Part shown: one piece after another, positions 1 to 12,300 of the stretch | How the letters are laid out: each line of letters opens with the position of its first letter | How positions within the stretch are numbered: the stretch's first letter is position 1 | DNA from: Eledone cirrhosa | Taxonomy: Eukaryota | Direction of reading: 5' to 3' | Assembly: GCA_964016885.1 (NCBI GenBank) | Contig: OZ024758.1 | Location: 35,588,001 to 35,652,000 of the forward strand | Length of the DNA: 64,000 nt | The notes under the pieces: model-generated | Told to the model about the DNA's origin: nothing | Seen by the model: only the letters and a program-made list of their open reading frames with translations | Database searches by the model: none | Position numbers and translations under genes: made by a program

Positions 1-929
1 TTCATGGTATTAGCTGTCAGAAGTAACTCCACTGTTGGTGAGAATTCATTTAGGTTCATGGTACTAGCTGTCAGAAGTAACTCCAATGTTGGTGAGAATT
101 CATTTAAGTTCATGGTATTAGCTGTCACAAGTAACTCCACTGTTGGTGAGAATTCATTTAAGTTCATGGTACTAGCTGTCAGAAGTAACTCCACTGTTGG
201 TGAGAATTCATTTAAGTTCATGGTATTAGCTGTCAGAAGTAACTCCATTGTTGGTGAGAATTCATTTAAGTTCATGGTATTAGCTGTCAGAAGTAACTCC
301 ACTGTTGGTGAGAATTCATTTAAGTTAATGGTACTAGCTGTCAGAAGTAACCCCAATGTTGGTGAGAATTCATTTAAGTTCATGGTATTAGCTGTCAGAA
401 GTCACTCCAATGTTGGTGAGAATTCATTTAAGTTCATGGTATTAGCTGTCAGAAGTCACTCCACTGTTGGTGAGAATTCATTTAAGTTCATGGTACTAGC
501 TGTCAGAAGTAACCCCAATGTTGGTGAGAATTCATTTAAGTTCATGGTATTAGCTGTCAGAAGTCACTCCAATGTTGGTGAGAATTCATTTAAGTTCATG
601 GTACTAGCTGTCAGAAGTAACTCCACTGTTGGTGAGAATTCATTTAAGTTCATGGTATTAGCTGTCAGAAGTAACTCCACTGTTGGTGAGAATTCATTTA
701 GGTTCATGGTACTAGCTGTCAGAAGTAACTCCAATGTTGGTGAGAATTCATTTAAGTTCATGGTATTAGCTGTCAGAAGTAACTCCACTGTTGGTGAGAA
801 TTCATTTAAGTTCATGGTATTAGCTGTCAGAAGTAACTCCACTGTTGGTGAGAATTCATTTAAGTTCATGGTACTACCTGTCAGAAGTAACTCCACTGTT
901 GGTGAGAATTCATTTAAGTTCATGGTATT

Positions 930-3900
930 AGTTGTCAGAAGTAACTCCAATGTTGGTGAGAATTCATATAAGTTCATGGTATTAGCTGTCAGAAGTAACT
1001 CCACTGTTGGTGAGAATTCATTTAAGTTCATGGTATTAGCTGTCAGAAGTAACTCCACTGTTGGTGAGAATTCATTTAAGTCCATGGTACTAGCTGTCAG
1101 AAGTAACTCCACTGTTGGTGAGAATTCATTTAAGTTCATGGTATTAGTTTGTCAGAAGTAACTCCACTGTTGGTGAGAATTCATTTAATTCATGGTATTA
1201 GTTGTCAGAAGTAACTCCAATGTTGGTGAGAATTCATTTAAGTTCATGGTACTAGCTGTCAGAAGTAACTCCACTGTTGGTGAGAATTCATTTAAGTTCA
1301 TGGTATTAGCTGTCAGAAGTAACTCCACTGTTGGTGAGAATTCATTTAAGTTCATGGTATTAGCTGTCAGAAGGAACTCCACTGTTGGTGAGAATTCATT
1401 TAAGTTCATGGTACTAGCTGTCAGAAGTAACTCCACTGTTGGTGAGAATTCATTTAAGTTCATGGTATTAGTTTGTCAGAAGTAACTCCACTGTTGGTGA
1501 GAATTCATTTAAGTCATGTTATTAGTTGTCAGAAGTAACTCCAATGTTGGTGAGAATTCATTTAAGTCATGGTACTAGCTGTCAGAAGTAACTCCAATGT
1601 TGGTTAGAATTCATTTAAGTTCATGGTATTAGCTGTCAGAAGGAACTCCACTGTTGGTGAGAATTCATTTAAGTTCATGGTATTAGCTGTCAGAAGTAAC
1701 TCTACTGTTGGTGAGAATTCATTTAAGTTCATGGTACTAGCTGTCAGAAGTAACTCCACTGTTGGTGAGAATTCATTTAAGTTCATGGTATTAGTTTGTC
1801 AGAAGTAACTCCACTGTTGGTGAGAATTCATTTAAGTCATGGTATTAGTTGTCAGAAGTAACTCCAATGTTGGTGAGAATTCATTTAAGTCATAGTACTA
1901 GCTGTCAGAAGTAACTCCAATGTTGGTGAGAATTCATTTTAGTTCATGGTATTAGCTGTCAGAAGGAACTCCACTGTTGGTGAGAAATCATTTAAGTTCA
2001 TGGTATTAGCTGTCAGAAGTAACTTCACTGTTGGTGAGAATTCATTTAAGTTCATGGTACTAGCTGTCAGAAGTAACTCCAATGTTGGTGAGAATTCATT
2101 TATGTTCATGGTATTAGCTGTCAGAAGTAACTCCACTGTTGGTGAGAATTCATTTAAGTTCATGGTATTAGCTGTCAGAAGTAACTCCACTGTTGGTGAG
2201 AATTCATTTAAGTTCATGGTACTACCTGTCAGAAGTAACTCCACTGTTGGTGAGAATTCATTTAAGTTCATGGTATTAGCTGTCAGAAGTAACTCCAATG
2301 TTGGTGAGAATTAATTTAAGTTCATGGTATTAGCTGTCAGAAGTAACTCCACTGTTGGTGAGAATTCATTTAAGTTCATGGTATTAGTTTGTCAGAAGTA
2401 ACTCCACTGTTGGTGAGAATTCATTTAATTCATGGTATTAGCTGTCAGAAGTAACTCCAATGTTGGTGAGAATTCATTTAAGTTCATGGTACTAGCTGTC
2501 AGAAGTAACGCCACTGTTGGTGAGAATTCATTTAAGTTCATGGTATTAGCTGTCAGAAGTAACTCCACTGTTGGTGAGAATTCATTTAAGTTCATGGTAT
2601 TAGCTGTCAGAAGGAACTCCACTGTTGGTGAGAATTCATTTAAGTTCATGGTACTAGCTGTCAGAAGTAACTCCACTGTTGGTGAGAATTCATTTAAGTT
2701 CATGGTATTAGTTTGTCAGAAGTAACTCCACTGTTGGTGAGAATTCATTTAAGACATGGTATTAGTTGTCAGAAGTAACTCCAATGTTGGTGAGAATTCA
2801 TTTAAGTCATGGTACTAGCTGTCAGAAGTAACTCCAATGTTGGTGAGAATTCATTTAAGTTCATGGTATTAGCTGTCAGAAGGAACTCCACTGTTGGTGA
2901 GAATTCATTTAAGTTCATGGTATTAGCTGTCAGAAGTAACTCCACTGTTGGTGAGAATTCATTTAAGTTCATGGTACTAGCTGTCAGAAGTAACTCCAAT
3001 GTTGGTGAGAATTCATTTAAGTTCATGGTATTAGCTGTCAGAAGTAACTCCACTGTTGGTGAGAATTCATTTAAGTCATGGTAATAGCTGTCAGAAGTAA
3101 CTCCAATGTTGGTGAGAATTCATTTAAGTTCATGGTATTAGCTGTCAGAAGTAACTCCACTGTTGGTGAGAATTCATTTAAGTTCATGGTATTAGCTGTC
3201 AGAAGTAACTCCACTGTTGGTAAGAATTCATTTAAGTTCATGGTACTAGCTGTCAGAAGTAACTCCACTGTTGGTGAGAATTCATTTAAGTTCATGGTAT
3301 TAGTTTGTCAGAAGTAACTCCAATGTTGGTGAGAATTCATTTATGTTCATGGTATTAGCTGTCAGAAGTAACTCCACTGTTGGTGAGAATTCATTTAAGT
3401 TCATGGTACTACCTGTCAGAAGTAACTCCACTGTTGGTGAGAATTCATTTAAGTTCATGGTATTAGCTGTCAGAAGTAACTCCAATGTTGGTGAGAATTA
3501 ATTTAAGTTCATGGTATTAGCTGTCAGAAGTAACTCCAATGTTGGTGAGAATTCATATAAGTTCATGGTATTAGCTGTCAGAAGTAACTCCACTGTTGGT
3601 GAGAATTCATTTAAGTTCATGGTATTAGCTGTCAGAAGTAACTCCACTGTTGGTGAGAATTCATTTAAGTCCATGGTACTAGCTGTCAGAAGTAACTCCA
3701 CTGTTGGTGAGAATTCATATAAGTTCATGGTATTAGTTTGTCAGAAGTAACTCCACTGTTGGTGAGAATTCATTTAATTCATGGTATTAGTTGTCAGAAG
3801 TAACTCCAATGTTGGTGAGAATTCATTTAAGTTCATGGTACTAGCTGTCAGAAGTAACTCCACTGTTGGTGAGAATTCATTTAAGTTCATGGTATTAGCT

Positions 3901-4640
3901 GTCAGAAGTAACTCCACTGTTGGTGAGAATTCATTTAAGTTCATGGTATTAGCTGTCAGAAGGAACTCCACTGTTGGTGAGAATTCATTTAAGTTCATGG
4001 TACTAGCTGTCAGAAGTAACTCCACTGTTGGTGAGAATTCATTTAAGTTCATGGTATTAGTTTGTCAGAAGTAACTCCACTGTTGGTGAGAATTCATTTA
4101 AGTCATGTTATTAGTTGTCAGAAGTAACTCCAATGTTGGTGAGAATTCATTTAAGTCATGGTACTAGCTGTCAGAAGTAACTCCAATGTTGGTTAGAATT
4201 CATTTAAGTTCATGGTATTAGCTGTCAGAAGGAACTCCACTGTTGGTGAGAATTCATTTAAGTTCATGGTATTAGCTGTCAGAAGTAACTCTACTGTTGG
4301 TGAGAATTCATTTAAGTTCATGGTACTAGCTGTCAGAAGTAACTCCACTGTTGGTGAGAATTCATTTAAGTTCATGGTATTAGTTTGTCAGAAGTAACTC
4401 CACTGTTGGTGAGAATTCATTTAAGTCATGGTATTAGTTGTCAGAAGTAACTCCAATGTTGGTGAGAATTCATTTAAGTCATAGTACTAGCTGTCAGAAG
4501 TAACTCCAATGTTGGTGAGAATTCATTTTAGTTCATGGTATTAGCTGTCAGAAGGAACTCCACTGTTGGTGAGAAATCATTTAAGTTCATGGTATTAGCT
4601 GTCAGAAGTAACTTCACTGTTGGTGAGAATTCATTTAAGT
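930..4640. repeat. Block duplication, offset 2589 bp (~48 monomers): ~930-2050 repeated at ~3520-4640
   Basis: Shared rare variants in the same order: tcatataag 964/3553, tccatgg 1081/3670, then atgtta, ggttag, tctact, catagt, gagaaatca, aacttcact. ORF starts 1192/3781, 1623/4212 and 1946/4535 all differ by 2589. Confidence 0.88.
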
Positions 4641-5724
4641 TCATGGTATTAGCTGTCAGAAGTAACTCCACTGTTGGTGAGAATTCATTTAAGTTCATGG
4701 TATTAGCTGTCAGAAGTAACTCCACTGTTGGTGAGAATTCATTTAAGTTCATGGTACTAGCTGTCAGAAGTTACTCCACTGTTGGTGAGAATTCATTTAA
4801 GTTCATGGTATTAGCTGTCAGAAGTAACTCCACTGTTGGTGAGAATTCATTTAAGTCATGGTATTAGCTGTCAGAAGTAACTCCATTGTTGGTGAGAATT
4901 CATTTAAGTTCATGGTACTAGCTGTCAGAAGTAACTCCACTGTTGGTGAGAATTCATTTAAGTTCATGGTATTAGCTGTCAGAAGGAACTCCACTGTTGG
5001 TGAGAATTCATTTAAGTTCATGGTATTAGCTGTCAGAAGTAACTCTACTGTTGGTGAGAATTCATTTAAGTTCATGGTACTAGCTGTCAGAAGTAACTCC
5101 ACTGTTGGTGAGAATTCATTTAAGTTCATGGTATTAGTTTGTCAGAAGTAACTCCACTGTTGGTGAGAATTCATTTAAGTCATGGTATTAGTTGTCAGAA
5201 GTAACTCCAATGTTGGTGAGAATTCATTTAAGTCATAGTACTAGCTGTCAGAAGTAACTCCAATGTTGGTGAGAATTCATTTTAGTTCATGGTATTAGCT
5301 GTCAGAAGGAACTCCACTGTTGGTGAGAAATCATTTAAGTTCATGGTATTAGCTGTCAGAAGTAACTTCACTGTTGGTGAGAATTCATTTAAGTTCATGG
5401 TATTAGCTGTCAGAAGTAACTCCACTGTTGGTGAGAATTCATTTAAGTTCATGGTATTAGCTGTCAGAAGTAACTCCACTGTTGGTGAGAATTCATTTAA
5501 GTTCATGGTACTAGCTGTCAGAAGTTACTCCACTGTTGGTGAGAATTCATTTAAGTTCATGGTATTAGCTGTCAGAAGTAACTCCACTGTTGGTGAGAAT
5601 TCATTTAAGTCATGGTATTAGCTGTCAGAAGTAACTCCATTGTTGGTGAGAATTCATTTAAGTTCATGGTACTAGCTGTCAGAAGTAACTCCACTGTTGG
5701 TGAGAATTCATTTAAGTTCATGGT
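4195..5724. repeat. Tandem duplication, period 754 bp (14 monomers)
   Basis: Markers tctact, catagt, ttttag, gagaaatca, aacttcact, aagttac and ccatt recur at +754. ORFs 4535..4867 and 5289..5621 are identical. Confidence 0.9.
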
Positions 5725-8097
5725 ACTAGCTGTCAGAAGTAACTCCAATGTTGGTGAGAATTCATTTAAGTCATGGTACTAGCTGTCAGAAGTAACTCCA
5801 CTGTTGGTGAGAATTCATTTAAGTTCATGGTATTAGCTGTCAGAAGGAACTCCACTGTTGGTGAGAATTCATTTAAGTTCATGGTATTAGCTGTCAGAAG
5901 TAACTCCACTGTTGGTGAGAATTCATTTAGGTTCATGGTACTAGCTGTCAGAAGTAACTCCAATGTTGGTGAGAATTCATTTAAGTTCATGGTATTAGCT
6001 GTCACAAGTAACTCCACTGTTGGTGAGAATTCATTTAAGTTCATGGTACTAGCTGTCAGAAGTAACTCCACTGTTGGTGAGAATTCATTTAAGTTCATGG
6101 TATTAGCTGTCAGAAGTAACTCCATTGTTGGTGAGAATTCATTTAAGTTCATGGTATTAGCTGTCAGAAGTAACTCCACTGTTGGTGAGAATTCATTTAA
6201 GTTAATGGTACTAGCTGTCAGAAGTAACCCCAATGTTGGTGAGAATTCATTTAAGTTCATGGTATTAGCTGTCAGAAGTCACTCCAATGTTGGTGAGAAT
6301 TCATTTAAGTTCATGGTATTAGCTGTCAGAAGTCACTCCACTGTTGGTGAGAATTCATTTAAGTTCATGGTACTAGCTGTCAGAAGTAACCCCAATGTTG
6401 GTGAGAATTCATTTAAGTTCATGGTATTAGCTGTCAGAAGTCACTCCAATGTTGGTGAGAATTCATTTAAGTTCATGGTACTAGCTGTCAGAAGTAACTC
6501 CAATGTTGGTGAGAATTCATTTAAGTCATGGTACTAGCTGTCAGAAGTAACTCCACTGTTGGTGAGAATTCATTTAAGTTCATGGTATTAGCTGTCAGAA
6601 GGAACTCCACTGTTGGTGAGAATTCATTTAAGTTCATGGTATTAGCTGTCAGAAGTAACTCCACTGTTGGTGAGAATTCATTTAGGTTCATGGTACTAGC
6701 TGTCAGAAGTAACTCCAATGTTGGTGAGAATTCATTTAAGTTCATGGTATTAGCTGTCACAAGTAACTCCACTGTTGGTGAGAATTCATTTAAGTTCATG
6801 GTACTAGCTGTCAGAAGTAACTCCACTGTTGGTGAGAATTCATTTAAGTTCATGGTATTAGCTGTCAGAAGTAACTCCACTGTTGGTGAGAATTCATTTA
6901 AGTTCATGGTATTAGCTGTCAGAAGGAACTCCACTGTTGGTGAGAAATCATTTAAGTTCATGGTATTAGCTGTCAGAAGTAACTTCACTGTTGGTGAGAA
7001 TTCATTTAAGTTCATGGTATTAGCTGTCAGAAGTAACTCCACTGTTGGTGAGAATTCATTTAAGTTCATGGTATTAGCTGTCAGAAGTAACTCCACTGTT
7101 GGTGAGAATTCATTTAAGTTCATGGTACTAGCTGTCAGAAGTTACTCCACTGTTGGTGAGAATTCATTTAAGTTCATGGTATTAGCTGTCAGAAGTAACT
7201 CCACTGTTGGTGAGAATTCATTTAAGTCATGGTATTAGCTGTCAGAAGTAACTCCATTGTTGGTGAGAATTCATTTAAGTTCATGGTACTAGCTGTCAGA
7301 AGTAACTCCACTGTTGGTGAGAATTCATTTAAGTTCATGGTACTAGCTGTCAGAAGTAACTCCAATGTTGGTGAGAATTCATTTAAGTCATGGTACTAGC
7401 TGTCAGAAGTAACTCCACTGTTGGTGAGAATTCATTTAAGTTCATGGTATTAGCTGTCAGAAGGAACTCCACTGTTGGTGAGAATTCATTTAAGTTCATG
7501 GTATTAGCTGTCAGAAGTAACTCCACTGTTGGTGAGAATTCATTTAGGTTCATGGTACTAGCTGTCAGAAGTAACTCCAATGTTGGTGAGAATTCATTTA
7601 AGTTCATGGTATTAGCTGTCACAAGTAACTCCACTGTTGGTGAGAATTCATTTAAGTTCATGGTACTAGCTGTCAGAAGTAACTCCACTGTTGGTGAGAA
7701 TTCATTTAAGTTCATGGTATTAGCTGTCAGAAGTAACTCCATTGTTGGTGAGAATTCATTTAAGTTCATGGTATTAGCTGTCAGAAGTAACTCCACTGTT
7801 GGTGAGAATTCATTTAAGTTAATGGTACTAGCTGTCAGAAGTAACCCCAATGTTGGTGAGAATTCATTTAAGTTCATGGTATTAGCTGTCAGAAGTCACT
7901 CCAATGTTGGTGAGAATTCATTTAAGTTCATGGTATTAGCTGTCAGAAGTCACTCCACTGTTGGTGAGAATTCATTTAAGTTCATGGTACTAGCTGTCAG
8001 AAGTAACCCCAATGTTGGTGAGAATTCATTTAAGTTCATGGTATTAGCTGTCAGAAGTCACTCCAATGTTGGTGAGAATTCATTTAAGTTCATGGTA
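5290..8097. repeat. Block duplication, offset 1617 bp (30 monomers): ~5290-6480 repeated at ~6907-8097; a related block occupies 1-760
   Basis: ORF starts 5773/7390, ORF ends 5621/7238 and identical minus-strand ORFs 5766..6260 / 7383..7877. The marker series tttagg, gtcacaag, ccatt, ttaatgg also appears at the window start. Confidence 0.87.
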
Positions 8098-9386
8098 CTA
8101 GCTGTCAGAAGTAACTCCACTGTTGGTGAGAATTCATTTAAGTTCATGGTATTAGCTGTCAGAAGTAACTCCACTGTTGGTGAGAATTCATTTAGGTTCA
8201 TGGTACTAGCTGTCAGAAGTAACTCCAATGTTGGTGAGAATTCATTTAAGTTCATGGTATTAGCTGTCACAAGTAACTCCACTGTTGGTGAGAATTCATT
8301 TAAGTTCATGGTACTAGCTGTCACAAGTAACTCCACTGTTGGTGAGAATTCATTTAAGTTCATGGTATTAGCTGTCAGAAGTAACTCCACTGTTGGTGAG
8401 AATTCATTTAAGTTCATGGTATTAGCTGTCAGAAGTAACTCCACTGTTGGTGAGAATTCATTTAAGTTAATGGTACTAGCTGTCAGAAGTAACCCCAATG
8501 TTGGTGAGAATTCATTTAAGTTCATGGTATTAGCTGTCAGAAGTCACTCCAATGTTGGTGAGAATTCATTTAAGTTCATGGTATTAGCTGTCAGAAGTCA
8601 CTCCACTGTTGGTGAGAATTCATTTAAGTTCATGGTACTAGCTGTCAGAAGTAACCCCAATGTTGGTGAGAATTCATTTAAGTTCATGGTATTAGCTGTC
8701 AGAAGTCACTCCAATGTTGGTGAGAATTCATTTAAGTTCATGGTATTAGCTGTCAGAAGTAACTCCACTGTTGGTGATAATTCATTTAAGTTCATGGTAT
8801 TAGCTGTCAGAAGTAACTCCACTGTTGGTGAGAATTCATTTAAGTTCATGGTATTAGCTGTCAGAAGTAACTCCACTGTTGGTGAGAATTCATTTAAGTT
8901 CATGGTATTAGCTGTCAGAAGTAACTCCACTGTTGGTGAGAATTCATTTAAGTTCATGGTATTAGCTGTCAGAAGTAACTCCACTGTTGGTGAGAATTCA
9001 TTTAAGTTCATGGTATTAGCTGTCAGAAGTAACTCCACTGTTGGTGAGAATTCATTTAAGTTCATGGTACTAGCTGTCAGAAGTTACTCCACTGTTGGTG
9101 AGAATTCATTTAAGTTCATGGTATTAGCTGTCAGAAGTAACTCCACTGTTGGTGAGAATTCATTTAAGTTCATGGTACTAGCTGTCAGAAGTAACTCCAA
9201 TGTTGGTGAGAATTCATTTAAGTCATGGTACTAGCTGTCAGAAGTAACTCCACTGTTGGTGAGAATTCATTTAAGTTCATGGTATTAGCTGTCAGAAGGA
9301 ACTCCACTGTTGGTGAGAATTCATTTAAGTTCATGGTATTAGCTGTCAGAAGTAACTCCACTGTTGGTGAGAATTCATTTAGGTTC

Positions 9387-12300
9387 ATGGTACTAGCTGT
9401 CAGAAGTAACTCCAATGTTGGTGAGAATTCATTTAAGTTCATGGTATTAGCTGTCACAAGTAACTCCACTGTTGGTGAGAATTCATTTAAGTTCATGGTA
9501 CTAGCTGTCAGAAGTAACTCCACTGTTGGTGAGAATTCATTTAAGTTCATGGTATTAGCTGTCAGAAGTAACTCCACTGTTGGTGAGAATTCATTTAAGT
9601 TCATGGTATTAGCTGTCAGAAGTAACTCCACTGTTGGTGAGAATTCATTTAAGTTAATGGTACTAGCTGTCAGAAGTAACCCCAATGTTGGTGAGAATTC
9701 ATTTAAGTTCATGGTATTAGCTGTCAGAAGTAACTCCATTGTTGGTGAGAATTCATTTAAGTTCATGGTACTAGCTGTCAGAAGTAACTCCACTGTTGGT
9801 GAGAATTCATTTAAGTTCATGGTACTAGCTGTCAGAAGTAACTCCAATGTTGGTGAGAATTCATTTAAGTCATGGTACTAGCTGTCAGAAGTAACTCCAC
9901 TGTTGGTGAGAATTCATTTAAGTTCATGCTATTAGCTGTCAGAAGGAACTCCACTGTTGGTGAGAATTCATTTAAGTTCATGGTATTAGCTGTCAGAAGT
10001 AACTCCACTGTTGGTGAGAATTCATTTAAGTTCATGGTACTAGCTGTCAGAAGTAACTCCAATGTTGGTGAGAATTCATTTAAGTTCATTTTATTAGCTG
10101 TCAGAAGTAACTCCACTGTTGGTGAGAATTCATTTAAGTTCATGGTACTAGCTGTCAGAAGTAACTCCACTGTTGGTGAGAATTCATTTAAGTTCATGGT
10201 ACTAGCTGTCAGAAGTAACTCCACTGTTGGTGAGAATTCATTTAAGTTCATGGTATTAGCTGTCAGAAGTAACTCCACTGTTGGTGAGAATTCATTTAAG
10301 TCATGGTATTAGCTGTCAGAAGTAACTCCATTGTTGGTGAGAATTCATTTAAGTTCATTGTACTAGCTGTCAGAAGTAACTCCACTGTTGGTGAGAATTC
10401 ATTTAAGTTCATGGTACTAGCTGTCAGAAGTAACTCCAATGTTGGTGAGAATTCATTTAAGTCATGGTACTAGCTGTCAGAAGTAACTCCACTGTTGGTG
10501 AGAATTCATTTAAGTTCATGCTATTAGCTGTCAGAAGGAACTCCACTGTTGGTGAGAATTCATTTAAGTTCATGGTATTAGCTGTCAGAAGTAACTCCAC
10601 TGTTGGTGAGAATTCATTTAGGTTCATGGTACTAGCTGTCAGAAGTAAATCCAATGTTGGTGAGAATTCATTTAAGTTCATGGTATTAGCTGTCAGAAGT
10701 AACTCCACTGTTGGTGAGAATTCATTTAAGTTCATGGTATTAGCTGTCAGAAGTAACTCCACTGTTGGTGAGAATTCATTTAAGTTCATGGTACTAGCTG
10801 TCAGAAGTAACTCCACTGTTGGTGAGAATTCATTTAAGTTCATGGTATTAGCTGTCAGAAGTAACTCCACTGTTGGTGAGAATTCATTTAAGTACATGGT
10901 ATTAGCTGTCAGAAGTAACTCCACTGTTGGTGAGAATTCATTTAAGTTCATGGTACTAGCTGTCAGAAGTAACCCCAATGTTGGTGAGAATTCATTTAAG
11001 TTCATGGTATTAGCTGTCAGAAGGAACTCCACTGTTGGTGAGAATTCATTTAAGTTCATGGTACTAGCTGTCAGAAGTAACTCCACTGTTGGTGAGAATT
11101 CATTTAAGTTCATGGTATTAGTTTGTCAGAAGTAACTCCACTGTTGGTGAGAATTCATTTAAGTCATGGTATTAGTTGTCAGAAGTAACTCCAATGTTGG
11201 TGAGAATTCATTTAAGTCATGGTACTAGCTGTCAGAAGTAACTCCAATGTTGGTGAGAATTCATTTAAGTTCATGGTATTAGCTGTCAGAAGGAACTCCA
11301 CTGTTGGTGAGAATTCATTTATGTTCATGGTATTTGCTGTCAGAAGTAACTCCACTGTTGGTGAGAATTCATTTAAGTTCATGGTACTAGCTGTCAGAAG
11401 TAACTCCAATGTTGGTGAGAATTCATTTAAGTTCATGGTACTAGCTGTCAGAAGTAACTCCAATGTTGGTGAGAATTCATTTAAGTTCATGGTATTAGCT
11501 GTCAGAAGTAACTCCACTGTTGGTGAGAATTCATTTAAGTTCATGGTACTAGCTGTCAGAAGTAACTCCACTGTTGGTGAGAATTCATTTAAGTTCATGG
11601 TATTAGTTTGTCAGAAGTAACTCCACTGTTGGTGAGAATTCATTTAAGTCATGGTATTAGTTGTCAGAAGTAACTCCAATGTTGGTGAGAATTCATTTAA
11701 GTTCATGGTACTAGCTGTCAGACGTAACTCCACTGTTGGTGAGAATTCATTTAAGTTCATGGTATTAGCTGTCAGAAGTAACTCCACTGTTGGTGAGAAT
11801 TCATTTAAGTCATGGTATTAGCTGTCAGAGTAACTCCAAAGTTGGTGAGAATTCATTTAAGTCATGGTACTAGCTGTCAGAAGTAACTCCAATGTTGGTG
11901 AGAATTCATTTAAGTTCATGGTATTAGCTGTCACAAGTAACTCCACTGTTGGTGAGAATTCATTTAAGTTCATGGTACTAGCTGTCAGAAGTAACTCCAC
12001 TGTTGGTGAGAATTCATTTAAGTTCATGGTATTAGCTGTCAGAAGTAACTCCACTGTTGGTGAGAATTCATTTAAGTTCATGGTATTAGCTGTCAGAAGT
12101 AACTCCACTGTTGGTGAGAATTCATTTAAGTTAATGGTACTAGCTGTCAGAAGTAACCCCAATGTTGGTGAGAATTCATTTAAGTTCATGGTATTAGCTG
12201 TCAGAAGTAACTCCATTGTTGGTGAGAATTCATTTAAGTTCATGGTACTAGCTGTCAGAAGTAACTCCACTGTTGGTGAGAATTCATTTAAGTTCATGGT

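Noticed and set aside
41-57. Heat-shock element (nGAAn inverted repeats) or CENP-B box in the monomer
   Set aside because: The GAA/TTC spacing (GAATTC, then TTC 10 bp later with TTA in the middle slot) does not fit a canonical HSE. The CENP-B box core (TTCG....A..CGGG) needs CpGs that are absent here.
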